A stretch of DNA of 64,000 nt from Octopus sinensis (Eukaryota). Below the pieces are notes generated by a model. It was not told the DNA's origin. It saw nothing but the letters and a program-made list of their open reading frames with translations, and made no database searches. Below, one piece after another: positions 54,123 through 64,000 of this stretch. Both the position numbers and the translations under genes were made by a program. The stretch spans positions 47,306,001 through 47,370,000 of the forward strand of contig NC_043006.1 in NCBI RefSeq assembly GCF_006345805.1, in the 5' to 3' direction. Numbering within the stretch: position 1 is the stretch's first letter; each line of letters begins with the position of its first letter.

Positions 54123-55429
54123 TAGATGTATAGATATATATATACTTCAAATGAGAAATTTGGAAATTCATCTACTTCTTAATAATAGTGGGTTCAGATG
54201 TGCTTTGAAAATTCAACAAATCTGCATCATCGTACTTTTTTTATTTTATTTTATTGGTTTACAGTTGTCCGCTACCTAGAGACTGCTGAGACTGGGACAG
54301 CACATGAAACACATTTCGCCCGTTATATTTGCATCGTTTTGCATTATCATTCTTATAAAACAAGAAAGAAAAACGAAACAAAATATAACAGAATGGAACG
54401 TAGCGTAAACTTGTTAGAGAAAATGGCTCTGATCCAAATAAATACCCATACTCTTATGTTGTTCTCGCCATGGTGATATACACATCTGCATACAAAAAAA
54501 AAGAACGTATGGTGGTCAATTTTGTCGGAAGATATTTTGATAAGAGATTCTGATAACTTCGTCTGGGTTAATAATAAATGAATTTGTCTGTTTTTATTCA
54601 TTTATTCATAAATCACAATTTTGCAGTTCTGTATAAACTAATATTGGTTAGTCTGTTGAGTAACAGTACGTAAATAAACTCTTTGCTAAGGTAATTTAGT
54701 AAGTGACCTTCCGTTCCTCTCGGTGGCAATCCGAGAAGAATAGTGAATGAACTCCGACACACGCACACATACACACACACAAACACACACACATTCGCGC
54801 ATATACTCACAAACACACATACATACACGCACGCACACACACGAACGCACACATGTAGTGTGAATTACCAATAAAAGCGCCTGCTTACATCCTTCATCGT
54901 ATGATTGCCCAATGTCTTTTGAGGGTAGAATTTTATAAATAGTTTAAATTTGTATGAATGAGTCACTATAGTTATATATTCATAATCCATGCTGTAATAA
55001 TACACGAGTTAACATTATCGAGTCACCGTCTGTTTCGCGTTTAAAGTAGGCTTCTGCTGTGTTCATCTGAAGCTTGTGAGATGAACACAGCGGAGTAAAT
55101 TCTGATAAACTGTAAAACAGCAACACACACACGCATGCACGCACATACATACACAAATACAGAGAGGTGGAGAGAGAAATAGGCGGAAATATAGATAAAT
55201 ATACGTAGATACTTAAATTTCGACTTACATTACATACATATTCATACATAAACACACACACGCACGTACATACATACAATCACACAGGCACACACACACA
55301 CACACACACAAACACACACATACTGGATTGCTGGATTGTCAAACCTTTTATTTTGAAACCTATTTTACTAAATCTGTCAATAATATTTTGTCCTTTATTG
55401 CTCATGACTTTTTGCTTTCTTGATAACTA

Positions 55430-56230
55430 TCCAGTAGTTAGGCAATACTTTAGCGCAAGAAATCTCCGGTTGTTGACTCACGGTTTCAGCTCCGCATAGT
55501 TGGAGAATGGAATGCCAAAACACTGTTGGTGAACGGCCGAAAAGTGTTATAATCTGAAGGCGATATATCTCTGGAGAATGCGGTGTGTGTGAGAGGACTT
55601 CCTAATAGCGTTCATAAATATATCTTTGGTTACATTAATAATATGTCACATCACCGGACGAGCATTTCCAGGTGGATAGCCTCGTGAATTGGTGTATTTA
55701 TTGAATGAAAAGCTCTGCATTTACTGCATGGTTGTTTTCAAGGACCTCGTCGCTGGTTAACCCCATCTACACCCAGGAAATGCATATTTACCCCTTAGCT
55801 CAATGTTTTGCTTGGTTGTCTGCCATTCCTTTCCCTGTTTCATATTCACATAGATTGTGAGTATTATGCAGGAATGGAATTTGTGTTTACAAGAAATCTG
55901 GTGTCTTGCGAGCGAACAGGATCGCTGGAGTTTAGCATGTGGTACTCATATACCGAGATTTTGGTCCTTATTGATCGAGGGAAGGTGACGGGCGACGGTA
56001 TAAAGTGATCATCTCATCTACTATCTCAATTCCTTATTGAACTTGCGCAGATCCTTGTGAAATCCTTCCATTGGCCTTATTGAATTGAACAGCTTGGCTA
56101 CAACACAGAAAGTCTGTGAGATCAGATTTCCCCTCCTTTACATGGGAAAATCATTTCTGGGCATCATTTTCTGTAATAGTGAATTCACTGCAAACCGTAT
56201 AATATCACGAGCGACTTCAGCAGGTTTCAC
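55430..56230 (-). mobile_element. Possible highly decayed APE domain (CR1/L2-like)
   Basis: ITLYRRPS (cf. YRSP) and SPSDYN (cf. SDH) remnants in the expected order; GC richer than flanks. Confidence 0.3.
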
Positions 56231-56767
56231 CTTGAATAAAATTGAAAAGTAAAAGTGTTAGAAAGGCTCAGTTTTATGTACTAGATAATACATCATCATG
56301 TGTCAAGAAAGAGGTAAAATTTATTTAAATTTACAAAAAAACCCCCCAAAAAAACGGTAAGCAAATGTTCCAGAGGAAGTGAAGATACATGAAAAATCAA
56401 GAGTAATAAGCACATTTATCTTACGACCCAATACATTTAACTAGAATGGTCTTCTGCAATTAATCTTCCCACTGGTATTTCAATGACAACGTATCTGCAA
56501 ATTTCATACAGTGCATGATAACTGATGTCGAATGACCCATGCCAAGGTTCGATATCGGAGTCATGTACAGTTGCAGCCAACTTTCTAACCACACGGCTGT
56601 CATGCTATAGAAACATAGACACAATCGCACAAACACGCACGGAGACACACACGGACGCACCACACAAACGTATATGAATGTCTGTACATGTATGTATTAT
56701 GTAGGTATTTATATATATGTATATACATGTGTGTGTATTATATATATATATATATATATATATATCT

Positions 56768-57176
56768 TTTTTCTCTTTTTTACTTGTTTCAGTCATTTGA
56801 CTGCGGCCATGCTAGAGCACTGCCTTTAGTCGAGTAAATCGACCCCGGGACTTATGCTTTGTAAGCCCAGTACTTATTCTATCGGTCTCTTTTGCCGAAC
56901 CGCGAAGTGACGGGGACATAAACACACTAACATCGATTGTCTGGTAATGCTAGGAGGACAAACACAGACACACAAACATACACACACACACAGACACATA
57001 TACATATATACGACGGGCTTCTTTGAGTTTCCATCTACCAAATCCACTCACAAGGCTTTGGTCAGTCCGAGGCTATAGTATTAGACACTTACCCAAGTTG
57101 CCACGCAGCGGGACTGAACCCGGAACCTTGTGACTGGTAAGCAAGCTACTTACTAGACAGCCACTCCTGCGCCTAT
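56768..57176 (-). mobile_element. SINE family A, full length
   Basis: Reverse complement of 30888-31310. Confidence 0.9.
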
Positions 57177-57202
57177 GTCTATATGCATGTGTGTATATAA
57201 AA

Positions 57203-57246
<44 letters not shown>

Positions 57247-57271
57247 TATATAATATATATATATATATATG

Positions 57272-57362
<91 letters not shown>

Positions 57363-57454
57363 TATAGTATATATATATATATATATGTATATTATATATA
57401 TATATATATGTGTATATATATATTATATATATATATATGATATATATATATATG

Positions 57455-57487
<33 letters not shown>

Positions 57488-58951
57488 TATGTATTATATT
57501 ATATATATATATACATATATATATATAGATACGGTTATATCCACACATGCATATAGACAGACATATCTTGCGTGTAGTTCTTCAGTAAATTGATACACTC
57601 TAGGTATCAAAGTGGATTGATATAGCCAATATATATTTATTGGATAACGAATGAATATAATCAAAGTACGACTATATGGTAACACTATTAAACTGTTAGA
57701 AGGATGTACATCAATCTGTAAGGTTTCACTGAATAGATACAAACTATAGATATTGTTTGGTTCGCACGTAACCTATTGATGCTATTCGGGCTGACGTAAC
57801 CTTTATAATTTGATTGCATAATTGCAGCATTTACATTTTATCTGAAAAGCTATAACGTGTATTTTCAAACACTGTAGTGGTTTTCTTTTTAACTCAAAAG
57901 GTTCTTATTGATATTGAATGAATTCACATCGAATAGATTTTTGCTGAATAGACATTGAGTAGATATTACTCTATAGAATCAAACTGTAGATATGAAGTGA
58001 TATGTATGCATGTGTGTATGATTGTTTATATATATGAATATATGTTTGTGTGGTACGTATGTGTGTATGTATCTATGTATGGATGTATGTATGGATGGAG
58101 GTATATCTTACAAATATTCATTGATTTTATATATAAGTTGAATATTTTGGCTTCTACGTAAAGATATTTGGCACCAATTTAATATTAATTATGTAGTATT
58201 TTGTTTCATCGCTGCACGTTTTGAGTTCAAATTTCACCGTTGATGACATTGAGATTCACTCAGCCGTGGTTAATAAAATTAGATATTTGCTGGATTCGTT
58301 TCAATGCACTACATCCGTTTCATAAAATGTTTAACCTTCTACTCGTGAAGGAAATCAATATTTGTTGAATACATGAAACTAAAATAAACTGTAAAGATAT
58401 CAGGTATTCATTCCAACTAGATCAAATCCGGCGAAATAAGAAGTCATGAGCCAACTAAACATATTATGTAGTGAGCTTTTCCTTCGATATATTACAAATT
58501 CTCTCTACGCATCCATTAGACAAGCAAGGCTCTGTGTCTATGACGCAGCCTCCGTGTGGCGAGTCAATCTTCAAGATATATTTGAAAAGTCTCACCTGAA
58601 TTTAACCGTATACCTGCATTAGTTAAAGCAGTGGTCACCAAATCACATTTTGCATCAAGGCTGTAGGTTATACATCGTGATATCAAGAAAAGTACTTGTA
58701 AAATGTATAAAACAAAAAAATACGGGTTAGAATTATAGAAAGAACATGTTCAGATCCATTTTGAATTATAAATGAAAATACTTAATTTTCTTTCTTAATT
58801 ATTTATATAGATAGGGTAAATTATATTAGAAACGAACATTTATATTTCATATAGATACTGACTAATCAGGAAAGGCGCCAAGTTATTCGTGGCACTTTAA
58901 AAGAAAAATATTTGTGTATCACTCATCAAGTGAATATCTATAAAAGTAGTT

Positions 58952-59368
58952 ATTCTTTTTACTCTTTTTACTTGTTTCAGTCATTTGACTGTGACCATGC
59001 TGGAGCACCGCCTTTTAGTCGAGCAAATTGACTCCAGGACTTATTCTTTGTAAGCCTAGTACTTATTTTATCGGTCTCTTTTGCCGAACTGCTAAGTTAC
59101 GGGGATGTAAACACACCAGCATCGGTTGTCAAGCGATTCTGGGGGGACAAACACAGACACTAACATATACACACACACATATATATATATATATACATCT
59201 ATACGACGGGCTTCTTTCAGTTTCTGTCTACCAAATCCACTCACAAGGCTTTGGTCGGCCCGAGGCTATAGTAGAAGACACTTGCCCAATATGCCAGGCA
59301 GTGGGACTGAACCCGGAACCATGTGGTTCGTAAGCCAGCTACTTACCACACCGCCACTCCTACGCCTA
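58952..59368 (-). mobile_element. SINE family A, full length
   Basis: Reverse complement of 30888-31310. Confidence 0.9.
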
Positions 59369-60828
59369 TTACTTGTGAATTATGAGAGAAAATTTTCTCA
59401 TCAAGCAGAATTATTATACAGCACCATGTAACTAAGCAATCCTTGCATCGGTGTAAACTGATTTTTTAGTTGTAAATAGGTTCTGAAGAATTTGCAAACC
59501 AATGGACACATCTGTAGCCCTTTTACTGTTGACACAGTAAAACACCTAGGACGCAACAGGGAAAAAACAAACTGGTTATACCACGCTAGGCTGCTATTTC
59601 ATCGTCTTGAATGGATAAGAAGCAAAGGTGACTCCGATGGCATTTGAAGGCTAAATTTATTGTAATCGTTTACTCCGACGGTGACTTGGAAGTATTTATA
59701 GATTAGAGGACACAATGCTCTCTCCTAAATGATGCATCGATTGTGAGCAAAATATCATTGTGATCAACTATGACTGTGGTTCGTTCGAAGTCAATAAATA
59801 AAGTACTGTTCTGGAGCGGAGCAAATCTCTGGATTAAGGATATTCTCCTCTCTCTCTCCACTCTTCTATAAGGCCCTGAAAAGGTTTGCAGTAAGTGCTC
59901 TTCCCCATGAGTAATCAATAATAAAATTTCACATGAACGAAACTGTAACTAAAACGTTGAAGAAACAAAAGCAACTTACATGTGACGTAGAATAAGACGT
60001 ACGAATATATATTGCTGTTCAGGTGCTCAAACCTGACCTTGTTTGCGAAAAATCTTCTGCTGCTTTATAAATAACTAGCATATTTTATAAATTTTATTAG
60101 CTGTATTTTGTTGTCCCCAACTCCTCACCGATTGCAGACCACCAATGATTGTATCAGATTCTCTGTTTTATTTATTCAAAAAATAACTACTTAGTTTTAT
60201 TTCGGAAGCCACGAACCGATTTGCATTTCCCATGTTAATACTCTGAACTATTGTTCAGGGTCACATGATAGAGTTGTAAGCTTCTATAGTACATTGTTTG
60301 TGTATTAGTAGAAATTTTTTTTATTATATCCGTACAAAATATTTGACACACTTACCAAACGAGGTCAAGCAAAAATAATTGTCGATTTCAATTTTTCAAA
60401 TCAGAATAAACACAAATGAAATTATCAAAGTGGAAATATTATTTTTTATTCTTCTTTCAAGTTCGTTCGGTTTTTCATAAAATTTCTGACTTAAAGTAAT
60501 GAAGATTAATGAAAACAGACAACAAAAAAACATATATAATTTTAAATAATGCATAATGAGAGGAGTTTTAGGAAAACGACTAAAATAAAGTATGACAAAG
60601 TAGTGAAAATATTGAACAATACAAGTTAAAAGAAATAGCCAATGCAAATAATGGACAATATAAATTTAGCAATAAATATGATATTTAATAATGGTGATAA
60701 ACGTTATAAATAACACTGCATTAGTAATAAACAACTCAGGTTTAACACTGTTACTGCACATATACATGTGCCTGTTTATATATCTACACATATACAACAT
60801 ACATACATATATATATATATAATATATA

Positions 60829-60876
<48 letters not shown>

Positions 60877-61429
60877 ATAAGATTAATAATAAAAGGGTAA
60901 AATTTATCAATTAAATAATCAATTATTCAATCAATTAATTAATAAAGTCACCAAGTTGATCGGTATGTTACAATAACATTTCTAGATAAAATATACAAAT
61001 ATTTTATGATTATAAACATAATTATAGTTATAAAATAATTGTGTATGTATATATATACATAAGTGTGTGTGTTTGTGTGTGTATACGTATCCAAGTTCAT
61101 AAGTTATAAAGATAGGGTATTTCATCAGACTTTGATGCAAGTCTGATGAAATGCCAGTCAAGTGTCTCAAGCCATAAATATTACGATAACCTCACTTCGA
61201 ATTTTTGCTTAAACCGATGCTGCCAGAACAGTTGGTAAAGAAACACTCGCAACTTATCGTCAGAGATGTACTAAAGTAGTTCTTTGAACATATTATTTAG
61301 ATTACACACACACAAACACACACACGCACATCCATATGTCAAACCTTTGTTTTCTAACCAGTCGCCATGTTTGAAAGCTAAATTCACAAGTTTTTTTATA
61401 TTCTCTCTCTGTTTAATTCCTCTTATACC

Positions 61430-61463
61430 TCTCTGTTGAAGAGCGTAGGCTCGAAACGTAAGA
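61430..61463 (+). ncRNA. Minimal hammerhead-like variant (CUGUUGA core)
   Basis: TCT-CTGTTGA-A-GAGC-gtag-GCTC-GAAA-CG-TA-AGA, within an element of about 210 bp (61340-61550) ending in (CT)/(TA)n. Confidence 0.5.
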
Positions 61464-61673
61464 TACATCTTCACTTTTCCGTGTGTCAAACTAAAACGCC
61501 TGCTTATTGTTCATACACATGTCTTAGGCTTTTTTTCTGTAAATGTCAACTCTCTCTATATATAGATAGACACAGATATAATATAGACGTGTGTCTTTAC
61601 ACATACATATAATTATATGTACGTACGTATATATGTATATATATATATATGTATATATATATATGTATATATA

Positions 61674-61711
<38 letters not shown>

Positions 61712-61714
<3 letters not shown>

Positions 61715-61965
61715 TAAATGCGCCCTTTAAGCCTAGCCAGGTTCATGGGTCTGGTTTCTCGGTTTCTATGGCGCATGTGTTCCTCAGCTGGACGGGGCGC
61801 CAGTCCATCGCAGCGTTACTCGTTTTTGCCTTCTGAGTGGACTGGAGCAACGTGAAATGAAATGTTTTGTTCGAGAACACAACGCATCGCCCGGCACAGG
61901 AATCGAAACCACAATCTTACGATCGTGGTGCTGACACCCTAACCACTGAGCCACGCGCCTCCACG
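61712..61965 (-). mobile_element. tRNA-derived SINE family C (V-domain-like)
   Basis: A-box TGGCTCAGTGG, B-box GGTTTCGATTCC, central ctgcgatggactggcgccccgtccag; inside (TA)n. Confidence 0.75.
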
Positions 61966-62001
61966 TGTACGTATATACATATTACATATATATATATATA
62001 G

Positions 62002-62036
<35 letters not shown>

Positions 62037-62041
62037 ATATG

Positions 62042-62072
<31 letters not shown>

Positions 62073-62101
62073 GTATATATATTATATATATATATATATA
62101 G

Positions 62102-62137
<36 letters not shown>

Positions 62138-62156
62138 TTATATATAATATATATGT

Positions 62157-62768
62157 ATTGACTATTGCTCTCAGCTATGGTCACCATCCAGTGTCAAGCT
62201 GATCACAGAACTTGTGGCGCTCCAACGTAGCTACACGAAGAAGATAGCCTCTGTGCAGCATATAAGCTACTGGGAAAGACTCAAGAGATTAAAATTCTAT
62301 TCCTTGGAGCGTACGCGAGAAAGATATACCATAATATACATCTGGAAGATCCTGGAAGGACTTGTCCCAAACTTTGGCATCGAGAGTTACACAAATGCCA
62401 GAACTGGGCGCCACTGCGTGGTGCCAAGGGCCCCAAATTTGCCATCAAGATGTAGGACAAGATACTGTGATAGCCTGGGCTTCCGAGGCCCACAGCTCTT
62501 CAATATCCTCCCGAAGAACCTAAGAGACCTGCATGGGGTGGATGCAGATGTCTTTAAAATGAAACTGGATCTCTTCTTGTCAGGTATCCCAGATGAACCA
62601 ACTTCACGGCAGGAGGTGCAGATGAGGGCAGCTGCATCGAAATCTCTCATGCACCAAATGGCAGTTGCTAAAAAGCATTCGTGAAGTAAAACCATGTAGC
62701 AACACCAAATGGCGGTGCCCCAGCATGGCCACAGCTCGTGAGCAGAAACTAGAATCAATCAATCAATC
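62157..62768 (+). mobile_element. CR1-clade LINE 3' fragment, same family as 10538-12956
   Basis: High identity to 12357-12955; open 156-aa C-terminal frame; (AATC)n tail. Confidence 0.9.
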
Positions 62769-63187
62769 ATATGCATACATATGGATATAGGTGTATATGA
62801 ATTTCGTATGTTTATGTGTGTGTAAATTATTTGTGCGTGCGGTAATGGAAATCGAGGTCGTTGTGTATTTCTCTTTAGATAAAAATAGATACCAGGCTGA
62901 AACATAAATATTTAAATGTCTTCCAGTCTCGATGCACTCTAAAGTAGAAAAGGGGTAACAGAACAATTACAGAATGGAAGAAAATTATTAATAAATAGTA
63001 TAACTAATAACCAGACTAATTGGAGTCAGCACTAATATGTAAAGTGTGAAAAGTATTTAATAATTAATCGAAAAAATGATAAGAAGCGAAATAGGTAGAA
63101 ATTCAAATGAAAGGAACAAATATTGTATAAAAATAAGAACTAAACAAACGGAGGTGTGAAAATAGAAAGTGGAAAATATATTTGCTC

Positions 63188-63420
63188 CTTCTCTTTTAGT
63201 CTTTTACTTGTTTCAGTCATTTGACTGCGGCCATGCTGGAGCACCGCCTTTAGTCGAGTAAATTGACCCCGGGACTTTTTCTTTGTAAGCCTAGTACTTA
63301 TTCTTTCTGGCTATTTTGCCGAACCGCTAAGTGATGGGGACATAAACACACCAGCATCGGTTGTCAGGTAATGCTAGGAGGACAAACACAGACACACAAA
63401 CATACACACACACTCACACA
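63188..63420 (-). mobile_element. SINE family A 3' half
   Basis: Tail motif ttgtttcagtcatttgactgcggccatgctggagcaccgcc. Confidence 0.85.
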
Positions 63421-63450
63421 TATGTATATATATGTATATATATATATATA

Positions 63451-64000
63451 CAGTTGCGGCCAACATGTTCAGAACGGCAATGTTTTCGCCAGAAAAGTAG
63501 GTATGTTTTTATCAAAGTTGTTTTATATTCTATAATTTTCACAGACAACAAATACGATATTAATTGTTATTGTCTGAGAGTTAGGTGTAATTTGAGAGGA
63601 TAATACTAAACTTATGGATGATTTAGTGATTTACTGCAAAACCCAAGGCGGCCAAAATGATCAGAACGGTTGCTTTTACTCCGTGTTTTAGTATATTTAA
63701 TCGCCGAACTCTAATGTTTTGAATTTGTTTACGTGACGGTTCGTTTACTAAACATTAGTAAGAATATCTGCAGTGAACTTTGTTAATATAATACCACTTT
63801 CTCCGTTACCAATTCGTCAGCAGATTATTAAGCTTCGAAAGAAGGATAATTTAAGTATTGGGTCTATTGCAAAGATTGTTAAAAAGTCAAAAAGTGTTGT
63901 TCACGGTATTCTTAGGGTCTTCGATGATTGTGGTTCGTGTGAAGCAAGAGAGTCTACAGGCGGGCCAAGAAAAACGACCAAGAGAGAAGATCGTGCTATG
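63451..64000 (+). mobile_element. Tc1-family DNA transposon 5' end (IR/DR type), runs off window
   Basis: TA|CAGTTGCGGCCAA terminus. Direct repeat gcggccaa.atg.tcagaacgg at about 63456 and 63648. Open frame 63791-64000 IRQQIIKLRKK..LSIGSIAKIVKKSKSVVHGIL...TGGPRKTTKREDR (paired HTH + GRPR-like). Start codon reads ATA. Confidence 0.85.

Noticed and set aside
61116-61156. 17-bp inverted repeat containing CTGATGA on both strands (hammerhead or C/D-box candidate)
   Set aside because: Could not find a matching stem II/GAAA/stem III on either strand; probably an inverted junction of a decayed element

Overview
An AT-rich, microsatellite-saturated animal (intergenic or intronic) window. The SINE and LINE families look cephalopod/Octopus-like; this is inference, not a database result. 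I can support no cellular protein-coding gene. Almost all predicted ORFs are (TA)n/(CA)n/(AAT)n/(GAA)n artefacts or transposon debris. Recognisable elements are CR1-clade LINEs, R4/Dong-clade LINEs, RTE and Tx1/L1 fragments, a mariner pseudogene, the 5' end of a Tc1 element, a decayed Helitron and several tRNA-derived SINE families. The most interesting signal is non-coding. At least seven hammerhead-ribozyme-like folds (type I, very short and mostly palindromic stem III, Penelope/retrozyme style) sit in apparently unrelated short elements, most ending in (TA)n tracts. One is fused to a tRNA-like Pol III head and occurs as a head-to-head pair bounded by an exact 14-bp direct repeat (41581-44197). 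Similar 3'-ends-outward inverted pairs recur elsewhere. The first 19 kb is a mosaic of local direct and inverted duplications, including a nested fold-back palindrome and a 66-bp indel-free module present nine times. All folds were derived by eye and need computational and biochemical confirmation.
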